Positions 16,694 to 25,538 of a stretch of 64,000 bases of DNA are shown here, piece by piece (position 1 is the first letter of the stretch; the number at the start of each line of letters is the position of its first letter). The DNA is taken from contig CAMYNJ010000104.1 in assembly GCA_947259795.1 (NCBI GenBank), positions 2,130-66,129 on the forward strand. Reading direction: 5' to 3'. Both the position numbers and the translations under genes were made by a program. The notes under the pieces were generated by a model that saw only the letters and a program-made list of their open reading frames with translations, had not been told where the DNA came from and did not search any database. Source of the DNA: an uncultured Alphaproteobacteria bacterium (GTDB lineage Bacteria > Pseudomonadota > Alphaproteobacteria > UBA8366 > JADFVY01).

Positions 16694-18751
16694 ATGGACG
16701 GCGGCATGCTCGACGCGGCGCTTCAGGCGCTGTCCGCGATGATGGAATTCGAGCGCCTGGGCTATCTGTTCGCCGGTGTCATCGTTGGATTGCTGTTTGG
16801 TATTCTGCCCGGTGTGGGCGGGATCGCCGGCATGGCACTGCTGTTGCCCTTCACATTCGGCATGGATGCCTATTCGGCTTTCGCGTTCCTGCTGGGGCTG
16901 GGCGCCGTGACCTCGACCGGCGATACCATCCCGGCCGTGCTGTTCGGCGTGCCAGGCACATCGGCTTCCCAAGCGACCGTAATCGACGGTCATGCCATGG
17001 CCAAGAAGGGCGAAGCGGGCAGGGCGCTAAGCGCCGCCTATACGGCGTCGCTGCTGGGTGGACTGTTCGGCGCGCTGCTGCTGGCGCTGACGATCCCGGT
17101 GCTGCGGCCAATCATGCTCTATATCGGTTCGCCTGAGCTGCTGGCCTGCGCCGTGTTCGGCATATCGATGGTCGCGGTGCTGTCGGGCAACGCGCCCCTG
17201 CGCGGGCTGTCGATTGCCGGGTTCGGCATCACGCTGTCGATGATCGGCGGCGATCCACAGACCGGGACCCAGCGCTGGTCGCTCGACACGCTCTATCTCT
17301 ATGACGGATTGCCGTTATTGCCGCTGGCTCTTGGCATTTTCGCGCTTCCCGAACTCTGTGACCTTGCGATCAAGCGCACGTCGATCGCCAGCGAAGCGAA
17401 ATACGACGTGAAGAGCGGCATGCTGAAGGGCGCGCAAGATACCCTTCAAAACTGGTGGCTGGTGATGCGATGTGGCGGCCTTGGCGCGGCCATCGGCGCG
17501 ATTCCGGGGCTCGGTTCGGCGGTGGTCGACTGGTTCGCCTACGGCCATGCGATCCGTACCGAAAAGGGCGCGACATCGACTTTCGGCAGCGGTGACGTGC
17601 GCGGCGTAATCGCGCCGGAAAGCGCCAACAACGCGAAAGAGGGTGGGGCGCTGGTTCCCACCGTGGCCTTCGGCGTGCCGGGCAGCGCCAGCATGGCAAT
17701 CCTGCTGGGCGCCTTCATGATCCACGGGCTGCAGCCCGGTCCGCGCATGCTGATCGAGAACCTGAATGTTACCTATGCGATGGTCTGGTCCATTGCGCTG
17801 GCCAATATTCTTGGCGCGGGACTCTGCTTCCTGTTCAGCGGCCAATTCGCCAAGATCGCGACTCTGCGCTATACGCTGATCCTGCCGGCGGTCATGACCG
17901 TACTCTATGTTGGCGCCTTCCAGGGCACCCGCGACTGGGGCGATCTGTACGCCCTGCTGTTCTTCGGCGTGCTGGGCTGGACCATGAAGCGGCTGCGCTG
18001 GCCGCGGCCGCCGCTGATCCTGGGCTTCGTACTGGGCGCCATCATCGAGCGCTACATGTTCATTTCCGTGGCGCGTTACGACTGGGAATGGCTTTACCGG
18101 CCCGCCGTCGCGATTTTGCTGGCCATGGCGGTACTGGGCGTGATTCGCCCGCTGGTCGGCGAATATCTGGCCAATCGCAGGGCCGGCCGCGTCACGACCC
18201 TGATCGGCCGCCCGGCCTTCCATCCGTCCGGTCTGTTCCATGTCGCCCTGATTGCGTTGATCCTGGCCATGATCGCCGAGACCGGAAGCTGGGAAGACGA
18301 GGCGAAAATCGCGCCGCTGATCGTCGCCTGGTTCGCCGTGGGCTGTGCCATCGTCAGCCTGTTCAACCAGGTATTCCGGGTTCCCGCTATCGCTCGGGCC
18401 GCGCAGGAGGCGGCCGGATCGGACCAACCGCGCTCGATCCATATGGATCTGGTGGCCGACGACACATGGCTGACGCCTGGATTGATCGTCCGCCGCGCGG
18501 CGCTCTTTTTCAGCTGGCTGGTCGCCTTCATGGCATCAATGGCGGTCATAGGCATATTGCCGACTGCGTTCCTGTTCGTGGCTGCCTACATGCGGCTGGA
18601 AAACAGGGAACCCTGGCGGCTGGTGCTGGTGATGGCCGGCGGTATCGCCCTGTTCGTCTATGTGGTTTTCGACCGCTTCCTGACGATCCCGTGGCCTGCC
18701 ACCTTGCTGGGCAAGGTGATCCCGGCCTTGAAGTTCATACCAACGATATGA
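16694..18751 (+). CDS. tctA: TTT large permease TctA fused to a C-terminal TctB-like small-subunit domain
   Basis: The N-terminal ~500 aa align with the two other TctA proteins in the window (GILPGVGGIAGMALLLPFTFGMD, PESANNAKEGGALVPTVAFGVPGSA). The C-terminal ~190 aa align with the stand-alone TctB genes (SWEDEAKIAPLIVAW..., RRAALFFSWLVAFMASMAVIGILPTAFLFVAAYMRLENREPWRLVL). RBS GGGAGGA precedes ATG 16694. Confidence 0.85.
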   Translation: MDGGMLDAALQALSAMMEFERLGYLFAGVIVGLLFGILPGVGGIAGMALLLPFTFGMDAYSAFAFLLGLGAVTSTGDTIPAVLFGVPGTSASQATVIDGHAMAKKGEAGRALSAAYTASLLGGLFGALLLALTIPVLRPIMLYIGSPELLACAVFGISMVAVLSGNAPLRGLSIAGFGITLSMIGGDPQTGTQRWSLDTLYLYDGLPLLPLALGIFALPELCDLAIKRTSIASEAKYDVKSGMLKGAQDTLQNWWLVMRCGGLGAAIGAIPGLGSAVVDWFAYGHAIRTEKGATSTFGSGDVRGVIAPESANNAKEGGALVPTVAFGVPGSASMAILLGAFMIHGLQPGPRMLIENLNVTYAMVWSIALANILGAGLCFLFSGQFAKIATLRYTLILPAVMTVLYVGAFQGTRDWGDLYALLFFGVLGWTMKRLRWPRPPLILGFVLGAIIERYMFISVARYDWEWLYRPAVAILLAMAVLGVIRPLVGEYLANRRAGRVTTLIGRPAFHPSGLFHVALIALILAMIAETGSWEDEAKIAPLIVAWFAVGCAIVSLFNQVFRVPAIARAAQEAAGSDQPRSIHMDLVADDTWLTPGLIVRRAALFFSWLVAFMASMAVIGILPTAFLFVAAYMRLENREPWRLVLVMAGGIALFVYVVFDRFLTIPWPATLLGKVIPALKFIPTI

Positions 18752-18802
18752 CAGACGAATTTGTGGCTGGCCCACGACAACAAAGGAGAATGGAGATTTC
18801 AT

Positions 18803-19390
18803 ATGTCGAATAAACCCGATAATCCCGAAGGCATAGGCCACAACAGTGAGACTGGCCAGAAGGAGGAAGTTGTCTGGGAACGCTGGACCAAAAAGCGGAC
18901 CTTCGTCCGTGGGCTGGAAGGCACATATGGCGAGCTATACAACGAGCTTTACTCGCAGCCGCGCGTCTACCATACCAGCGATCTGAATTGGAAAGGCGGG
19001 CCACAGAACTTCGGCAAGAAGGTCATCAATCCGCAGGCCTGCCGCGTCGCCCAGTCCATCGAAACCCATATCGACGCCTTTGCGCCCGGTGGCTATGGCC
19101 AGAAGCACGGCCATATGAACAGCGCTGTGTTCTTCGTCCTGAAAGGCAAGGGGCACGACATCCATGACGGTCGGCGGCTCGACTGGGAGGCCGGCGACGC
19201 GCTGATCGTGGAAAATGCCTGCGTCCATCAGCATCTGTCCGACGACACGGATGACGAGACGATCGTTCTGGTGATGAAAGCCAAGCCGCTCTTCCTGTTC
19301 ATGCACATGATCTTCCAGAAGGTGGTCGAATATCCGCCCACGGAACCAGCGCCAGGCCAGGACGGCTATGAGCCGCCGGCTTCCCTGTAA
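18803..19390 (+). CDS. Monocupin, type A, pair 2
   Basis: The start is MSNKPDNPEG. The cupin motifs are APGGYGQKHGHMNSAVFFVLKGKG and GDALIVENACVHQHLS. The tail KPLFLFMHMIFQKVVEYPPTEPAPG matches cupin A1. Confidence 0.8.
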   Translation: MSNKPDNPEGIGHNSETGQKEEVVWERWTKKRTFVRGLEGTYGELYNELYSQPRVYHTSDLNWKGGPQNFGKKVINPQACRVAQSIETHIDAFAPGGYGQKHGHMNSAVFFVLKGKGHDIHDGRRLDWEAGDALIVENACVHQHLSDDTDDETIVLVMKAKPLFLFMHMIFQKVVEYPPTEPAPGQDGYEPPASL

Positions 19391-19424
19391 CGCGCCAGAA
19401 CCAAGATCCGGAGGAATGAGAGAA

Positions 19425-20015
19425 ATGAACGATCTGAAACCCTTTGTCGACGCGACCGAGCGTGAACGCGCGCGCTCCGGCGACACTTACGTCAATTTCT
19501 ACAACGAGGCGCTGGAAGCCTCGAAGATGTTCCGCAAGGAATATCAGGACCGCATGAATGTCGTGAAATGGCATGAGATGCCCATGGAACGTTCCGCGGA
19601 TGGGCTGATAAAGCACATCATCAACGAGCGCATGGACACCAAGGAATGCTGCATCGACATCTACATGCAATTCATCCAGCAGAACGGCGCGACCGGGACC
19701 AGCCGGCATCTGTCGGAAGAGGTCGCCTTCGTTATCGAAGGAACCGGCCACGACCTGCATTACGATGTGCGGTTCGATTGCGGCGACGAATTTGTCTGGG
19801 AATGGGAAACCACGCCTAAAAAATACGAATGGGGCCCGGGCGACTTTGTCTATATCCCGCCCTATTGCGCCCACAAGCGCTTCAACACCGGCAGTGAGGA
19901 AGCGCGTGTCGTGGTCGTCAACAGCCGCATTATGAAGTCGATTGGCCTCGACTGGTTCGACCAGCTGGAGCCGGCCGAAGGGTATGAAGACCTGTGGGTC
20001 CCGCCCGCAGACTGA
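19425..20015 (+). CDS. Monocupin, type B, pair 2
   Basis: The start is MNDLKPF, with GGAGGA 10 nt upstream and ATG 19416 as an alternative. The cupin motifs are GTSRHLSEEVAFVIEGTG and GDFVYIPPYCAHKRFN. The HxH is reduced to a single His (SRH). Confidence 0.8.
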   Translation: MNDLKPFVDATERERARSGDTYVNFYNEALEASKMFRKEYQDRMNVVKWHEMPMERSADGLIKHIINERMDTKECCIDIYMQFIQQNGATGTSRHLSEEVAFVIEGTGHDLHYDVRFDCGDEFVWEWETTPKKYEWGPGDFVYIPPYCAHKRFNTGSEEARVVVVNSRIMKSIGLDWFDQLEPAEGYEDLWVPPAD

Positions 20016-20026
20016 AATTGTAGCGA

Positions 20027-20066
20027 GGCGGCGCGCAAAAAAAAGAAACTGGGCGCGCCGCCTTTT
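20027..20066 (+). terminator. Rho-independent terminator-like hairpin
   Basis: GGCGGCGCGC - 16-nt A-rich loop - GCGCGCCGCC followed by TTTT. It lies between the cupin pair and tctC. Confidence 0.6.
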
Positions 20067-20093
20067 GGAAGATGACAAACCGGGAGAAACGTC

Positions 20094-21308
20094 ATGAGAG
20101 TGTTAGTGAAAACTTTGTTGCTCGGCATCGCGCTGACGCTGGCGGGCACGGCGAACGCAAGCGAATTCTATAAGGGCAAGACGATCACCTATATCGTATC
20201 GACCAGCCCAGGCGGCGGATATGATACCTATGCCAGGTTGATCGCCAAATATCTTGGGAAACACCTGGAAGCCAAGGTTCTGGTGAAAAACCTGCCCGGC
20301 GCCGGCCATATTGTCGGCACCAATACGCTGGCCGCCTCCAAGCCCGACGGGCTGACCATCGGCACCTTCAATACCGGACTGATCTACGCGCAGATCCTGA
20401 AGCGCGAAGGGGTGCAGTTCGACTTGCGTGCCTTCGAATGGATCGGGAAGGCCGCGGCCGACCCTCGCGCCCTGGTGCTGGGCGCAGAGAGCGGCATGAA
20501 AACCTATGAGGACCTGGCAGCGGCCGACAAGCCGGTTAAATTCGCGACCTCCGGCGTGGGGTCGGCATCCTATACCGATACCCAGCTCATCCGTTCGGCG
20601 CTGGACCTGAAGATTGAGGTTGTGCCCGGCTTCAACGGCAACGAGGGCGAGCTTGCCATGCTGCGCGGCGAGATTGGCGCACAGGTCGGTTCCATGAGTT
20701 CCCTGCAGTCCTTCGTTGATAACGGTTATGGCGTCTTTGCGGTGGCGATCGGCGGCGATGCGAACGGTGTTCCGCAGGCCGCCGGCAAGGCGACCACAGA
20801 AAAAGGCAAATCCATCATTGCGCTGGTGCAGGCCATGTCAGAGCTTGGCCGGCTGACCGCGGCGCCCCCGGGCACCCCGGCGGAGCGGGTCGCCGACCTG
20901 CGCGCGGCCTACGAAAAGGTGCTGACCGATCCGCAATTGCTGGCCGAGGCCGAGAAACTGGGCATTCCGATCCAGCCTTCCTACGGCGAGGCTGTCGCGG
21001 GCCTGGTCGGCGATGCCCTGAATCAGAGCCCGGCGACGGTGGAAATCATCGCAGCCGCGGTCAATGTGGAAATCAAGCTGGTGACGGTAAAGACCGCACT
21101 GCTGGACCTTTCCCCGGACTTCAAGAAGATCAAGTTCGCCTCAGGCGACGCCACCATCAAGGCGAAGATCTCGGGCTCGCGCACGGCGATCACGGTCAAT
21201 GGCGAGGAGGCCAAGCGTAAAAATCTGAAGGTCGGCATGGTCTGCGAGATTTCCTACGATCCGGAACATGAAGACAACGAACCGAAGGAAATGGCCTGCG
21301 AAGGCTGA
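20094..21308 (+). CDS. tctC: TctC/Bug-family substrate-binding protein with an extra ~80-aa C-terminal domain
   Basis: It has a signal peptide and EFYKGKTITYIVSTSPGGGYDTYARLIAKYLGKHL...NLPGAGH. At 404 aa it is longer than the other TctC copies here (317 and 340 aa). The extension is VTVKTALLDLSPDFKKIKFASGDATIKAKISGSRTAITVNGEEAKRKNLKVGMVCEISYDPEHEDNEPKEMACEG. Confidence 0.85.
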   Translation: MRVLVKTLLLGIALTLAGTANASEFYKGKTITYIVSTSPGGGYDTYARLIAKYLGKHLEAKVLVKNLPGAGHIVGTNTLAASKPDGLTIGTFNTGLIYAQILKREGVQFDLRAFEWIGKAAADPRALVLGAESGMKTYEDLAAADKPVKFATSGVGSASYTDTQLIRSALDLKIEVVPGFNGNEGELAMLRGEIGAQVGSMSSLQSFVDNGYGVFAVAIGGDANGVPQAAGKATTEKGKSIIALVQAMSELGRLTAAPPGTPAERVADLRAAYEKVLTDPQLLAEAEKLGIPIQPSYGEAVAGLVGDALNQSPATVEIIAAAVNVEIKLVTVKTALLDLSPDFKKIKFASGDATIKAKISGSRTAITVNGEEAKRKNLKVGMVCEISYDPEHEDNEPKEMACEG

Positions 21309-21314
21309 CCAAAT

Positions 21315-21349
21315 GGCCGCCCGGGTGAAGTAACTCCGCCCGGGCGGCC
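21315..21349 (+). promoter_or_regulatory. Intercistronic GC-rich hairpin between tctC and tctA
   Basis: GGCCGCCCGGG - 13-nt loop - CCCGGGCGGCC. No clean U-tract follows (CTGTAATATTTT). Confidence 0.5.
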
Positions 21350-21381
21350 CTGTAATATTTTCAAACGGATCGGTTGTAATC

Positions 21382-22890
21382 ATGCAGATCGAACAGGTTC
21401 TGTCGTCCCTGCTGTCCGTCGTCGGGTCGCCCACATTAATGGGTCTGATCATCCTGGCGGTGCCCATCGGGATGTTTTTCGGGGCGATCCCCGGGCTGGG
21501 CGGCAAATTGGGCATCGTATTGCTTATTCCCTTCGTCTTCGGGATGGACCCGCTGGCAGGCGCCGTGTTTCTGATGGCGATGCATGCCGTGGTCCATACC
21601 GGCGGCTCGATCCCCAGCATCCTCTTCGGCGTGCCGGGAACCGGCCCGGACGCCGCCACGATCGTCGATGGCTTCCCCATGACCAAGCGGGGCGAGGCGG
21701 GGCGCGCGCTGGGCGCCAGTTTGGGCGCGTCGGGATTCGGCGGCGTCGTCGGCGGGGTCTTCCTGGCCCTCATGCTGCCGCTGCTGCGGCCGGTGGTGCT
21801 CGCTTTCAGCCCGGCGGAATTCTTCCTGCTGGCGATCTTCGGCATCACTTTCATCGCCACTCTGTCGGGCAAGAGCCTGCGTAAGGGCCTGTTGGTCGGC
21901 ATGCTCGGCCTGATGCTTTCCTTCATCGCCCTGGACCCGCATACCGGCGCCCAGCGCTATACCTTCGACATGCTGTTCCTGTGGGACGGCGTGGATGTAA
22001 TCACCGCCGTCCTCGGCATTTTCGCGATCCCCGAGATGATCGCGCTGGGCGCCAAGGGAGGTTCGATCGCCCAGGTAACTGGCAAGGCAGCGCGCTATAA
22101 CCTGCGCGAGGTGATCGACGGGATCCTCGATGTCTTCCGGCATCTCGGCCTGTCGATTCGAACCTCGCTTATCGGGGCCGGCATCGGCATGGTGCCGGGC
22201 CTGGGCGGCGACGCCGCAAGTTGGATCTGCTATGGCCATGCGGTGCAATCCTCGAAGACCCCCGAGCGTTTCGGCAAGGGTGCGGTGGAAGGCGTGATCG
22301 CGCCGGAGACCGCCAACAATTCCAAGGAGGGTGGCGCACTGCTGCCCACGCTGTTCTTCGGCGTGCCGGGATCTTCGGGCATGGCGATCATGCTGGGTGC
22401 CTTCGTCATGCTGGGGGTGAAGCCCGGCCCGATGATGGCGCTGACCGGCATGGATTTCGTCTGGACGTTGATCTGGACGCTCTGTATCGCCAATATTCTG
22501 GCGGTGGCGATGTTCCTGGCCTGCGCCCCGGCCTTCGGCATGCTGACCTTCGTGCGCGGGTCGCTGATCATTCCGTTCGTGCTGACACTTGCGTTCCTGG
22601 GTTCGTTCCTCAGCCATTCGGCCTGGGAGAATATCGTCCTGCTGTGCCTGCTCGGCACGCTGGGCTATTTCCTGAAGAAATATGGCTGGCCCCGTCCACC
22701 CTTCGTAATCGGCCTCGTGCTGGGGCCGATCGCCGAAGATTCGCTGCACAAGGCGCTGGCGATATGGGGCCCGACCTTCTTCCTGCGGCCGCAGTCGCTG
22801 ATCATGGTCGCGCTGATCGTCGCCAGCCTGGCCGTCTATTTCTGGCGTCGCCGCAAACGTTCGTCGGTGGAGGTCAACTATGATATTTAG
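21382..22890 (+). CDS. tctA: TTT large permease TctA
   Basis: 502 aa, polytopic, with GAIPGLGGKLGIVLLIPFVFGMDP and PETANNSKEGGALLPTLFFGVPGSS. Confidence 0.9.
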   Translation: MQIEQVLSSLLSVVGSPTLMGLIILAVPIGMFFGAIPGLGGKLGIVLLIPFVFGMDPLAGAVFLMAMHAVVHTGGSIPSILFGVPGTGPDAATIVDGFPMTKRGEAGRALGASLGASGFGGVVGGVFLALMLPLLRPVVLAFSPAEFFLLAIFGITFIATLSGKSLRKGLLVGMLGLMLSFIALDPHTGAQRYTFDMLFLWDGVDVITAVLGIFAIPEMIALGAKGGSIAQVTGKAARYNLREVIDGILDVFRHLGLSIRTSLIGAGIGMVPGLGGDAASWICYGHAVQSSKTPERFGKGAVEGVIAPETANNSKEGGALLPTLFFGVPGSSGMAIMLGAFVMLGVKPGPMMALTGMDFVWTLIWTLCIANILAVAMFLACAPAFGMLTFVRGSLIIPFVLTLAFLGSFLSHSAWENIVLLCLLGTLGYFLKKYGWPRPPFVIGLVLGPIAEDSLHKALAIWGPTFFLRPQSLIMVALIVASLAVYFWRRRKRSSVEVNYDI

Positions 22891-23329
22891 CGGACGCGCC
22901 ATCACGTCGCTGGTCATGCTGGCGATATTCGCCGCCATGACGGTCATCGGCATGAGCTATCCCGAAAAGGCCCGGATGATGCCGTTGCTGGTCGGCATCC
23001 CGGGCGCGATCATGGCGCTGGCCCAACTGATCCGGGATATCCGTTTCCCCGAGGTCGAAACCCCGACCGAAGAGACCGCGAGCGAGTTTCGCCGCGAGAT
23101 CAAAATGTTCTCCTGGCTGGCGCTGTTTTTCGTCGGTGTTATCGGGTTCGGTTTTGTCTACGCGGCGCCGCCGCTGGTTTTCGCATTCATGCGTTTCGGG
23201 CAAAAGGAAAGCTGGGTCGTCGCGCTGATCGGCGGCGTCGGCACCTGGGCAATCCTTTATGGCATGTTCACCAGGATGCTGGAGCTGTTCCTCTTCGAGG
23301 GACTGCTGCTGCCGCTCCTGATCGGCTAG
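22880..23329 (+). CDS. tctB: TTT small permease TctB
   Basis: 149 aa with four hydrophobic segments. It overlaps the tctA stop by 11 nt. Gene order here is C-A-B. Confidence 0.75.
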   Translation: MIFSGRAITSLVMLAIFAAMTVIGMSYPEKARMMPLLVGIPGAIMALAQLIRDIRFPEVETPTEETASEFRREIKMFSWLALFFVGVIGFGFVYAAPPLVFAFMRFGQKESWVVALIGGVGTWAILYGMFTRMLELFLFEGLLLPLLIG

Positions 23330-23377
23330 CGCTTTTCAAGTCAGGCCGGCTCCGATTCCACGTAAGTGGGAAGAGCT

Positions 23378-23731
23378 CTAATCGATTGCGGCGGTGGCGG
23401 CGATTTTTACCGCATGGCCGGCCTGGGTCGGCCGGCCCTCGATGGTCGCGCGGGCCGGCGCGCAGCCGTCCGGGATCCATTCGTCCCACACTTCGTTCAT
23501 CTCTTCCGCTGTGCGGATGTCGGCCAGCCAGATCGTGGCGGTCAGCAAGCGGGTCTTGTCGGTCCCCGCCTCGGCCAGCAGCCGGTCGATCATGGCCAGG
23601 ATGTCCCGAGTCTGTTCGGCGACGGGGGCGCCGCGTTTCTGCAGCGCCAGGATGCCGGCGAGATAAGCGATCCCGTTATGGATCACGACGCGGCTTATGC
23701 GCTTGCCGCTGTGGATACGCTTGATGGTCAT
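23378..23731 (-). CDS. RidA/YjgF/L-PSP family protein
   Basis: 117 aa with NGIAYLAGI......AEQTRDILAMIDRLLAEAGTDKTRLLTATIWLADI....MNEVWDEW, the RidA-fold pattern. Confidence 0.85.
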   Translation of the reverse strand: MTIKRIHSGKRISRVVIHNGIAYLAGILALQKRGAPVAEQTRDILAMIDRLLAEAGTDKTRLLTATIWLADIRTAEEMNEVWDEWIPDGCAPARATIEGRPTQAGHAVKIAATAAID

Positions 23732-23753
23732 GGGCTGCTCCTCATCGGGCTGT

Positions 23754-25511
23754 TCAACGATGCTGCGTAATCACATCCACTAGTGCCGGGCGGCCCTTTT
23801 TGACCTCTTCCAGCGCGCGGCGCACGGCCGGGCCGATTTCCGCCGGGTCGGTGATCGGGCCTTCGCCATGGCAGCCCATGGCGCGCGCGGCCGAGGCGAA
23901 ATCGGGCGCCGGATCGAAGATGTCCATGCCGATATGGGCCTTGTCCAGGTCGGTGCCGCGCTGCCGGGCCACACGAATCTGGTGTTCCCAGTCGTTGAAG
24001 TAAGCGCGGTTGTTGAACATCACGATCAGAATCGGGATGCGGTGCTTGGCCGCCGTCCATAGCGCGCCGAGATCGTACATCAGGTCACCGTCGGGCTGCA
24101 GTGCCACCACGACCTTGTCCGTCCCCTTGTAGGCCAGCGCGACCCCAAGCGACATGCCGATCTGGGTCGACGTGCCCAACGACTTACCGGCATGGCGGTA
24201 GGGTTTGTCGAAGTCCCACAGCTTGCGTGTCCACTGGCGCAGCGTACCGGTGGAAACCACCCAGTCCTCGTCCTTGACGACTTCCCAGACTTCCTCGGCC
24301 AGACGCGGCAGCGCAACGGGCGAAGAATCGCGGTCTTTCTGCGCATCCGCCTTCCAGCCGGCGAACAGCTCGTCATGGCGGGCGGCGACGGCCTGCTTGC
24401 GGGCCTCGACCTGTTTTGCCAGCGCGTCGTCGGCGGCCAACCGTTCGGCCGCCATGCGGGTCATTTCCGGCATCGCCAGCGCCGGGTCGCCCAGCGCGCT
24501 GAGCACCTTCGGTTGATAGCGACCGTAATCCATCGACCAGGACGACATGCCGATTTCGGCAAAGCCGACCTCCAGCCATTCGCAAGTCTCGGGCACCAGT
24601 GGGGTAACCACACGGCTCATGCTGTCCAGGCTGGCGGTGGATTTCTCCCAGTCCCTAACGTCCAGCCCCAGGATCACGTCGGCCTTGCGCATGGCCTCCT
24701 TGTCCATCGACAGGCAGAGCGGATGGCGGTTGGGGAAGCAGAGCGCGTTGTTGATGTCCCAGACCGGCACACCCACGGTCTCCGCCAGCTTCACCAGATT
24801 GTCGAACCCGTCCGGCTGCCGGCCGATGAAATCAACCAGGATCAGGGGATTTTTCGCCGCCAGCAGCTTATCGACGATCTGCGCCAGCACCGCCGGGTCG
24901 GCGGCCATGCGCGCCGGCGCCTTGACCATGTTCGCCGGCGGCATTTCCACCGCGGTGGTCAGCGGCGCTTCCTGTAGCCAGGCATCGTAGCACATGTAGA
25001 TCGGTCCTTGGGGTTCGGTCACCATGGTCGAGTAGGCGCGCATGAAGCTTTCCGGCACGCCCTCGATGGAGGTCGGCTGGTAATCCCATTTGGTATAGTT
25101 GCGCACCGCCTCGCCCTGGACCAGAGCGGTGTGGCTCCAGTCGATATGCGGGCGGCGCTTGCCCTCGTCCATCGGTCCCGTGGCACCCATGATGAAGATC
25201 GGCGCGCGGTCGATATAGGCATAATAGACCGCCATCTGCGCATGCAGCAGCCCGACCAGGTTGTGCAGGATCACCGCCATCGGCTTGCCGGTGGCCCGCG
25301 CATAGCCATGGGCGATCTGGACCGCCGTCTCCTCATGCTGGCAAAGCAGCATTTCCGGCTTGTTGCCGCCGTAATTGATCAACGAATCGTGCAACCCGCG
25401 AAAGCTGGCGCCCGGGTTCAGCGCCACGAACGGAAGTTCATATTCATGCAGCAGGTCGACGATAACGTCCGACTGGTATTGCGGTTTGTCCTTGCCGTAG
25501 ACGTTGGCCAT
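23754..25511 (-). CDS. Thiamine-diphosphate-dependent enzyme (acetolactate synthase / benzoylformate decarboxylase superfamily), paralog 1
   Basis: 585 aa with the N-terminal Pyr domain FVALNPGASFRGLHDSL...HEETAVQIAHGYARATGKP and the C-terminal PP domain LQPDGDLMYDLGALWTAAKHRIPILIVMFNNRAY (GD..-NN TPP motif). Confidence 0.85.
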   Translation of the reverse strand: MANVYGKDKPQYQSDVIVDLLHEYELPFVALNPGASFRGLHDSLINYGGNKPEMLLCQHEETAVQIAHGYARATGKPMAVILHNLVGLLHAQMAVYYAYIDRAPIFIMGATGPMDEGKRRPHIDWSHTALVQGEAVRNYTKWDYQPTSIEGVPESFMRAYSTMVTEPQGPIYMCYDAWLQEAPLTTAVEMPPANMVKAPARMAADPAVLAQIVDKLLAAKNPLILVDFIGRQPDGFDNLVKLAETVGVPVWDINNALCFPNRHPLCLSMDKEAMRKADVILGLDVRDWEKSTASLDSMSRVVTPLVPETCEWLEVGFAEIGMSSWSMDYGRYQPKVLSALGDPALAMPEMTRMAAERLAADDALAKQVEARKQAVAARHDELFAGWKADAQKDRDSSPVALPRLAEEVWEVVKDEDWVVSTGTLRQWTRKLWDFDKPYRHAGKSLGTSTQIGMSLGVALAYKGTDKVVVALQPDGDLMYDLGALWTAAKHRIPILIVMFNNRAYFNDWEHQIRVARQRGTDLDKAHIGMDIFDPAPDFASAARAMGCHGEGPITDPAEIGPAVRRALEEVKKGRPALVDVITQHR

Positions 25512-25538
25512 TTTCTCTCTCCCTTATGTTCTTTTCGT

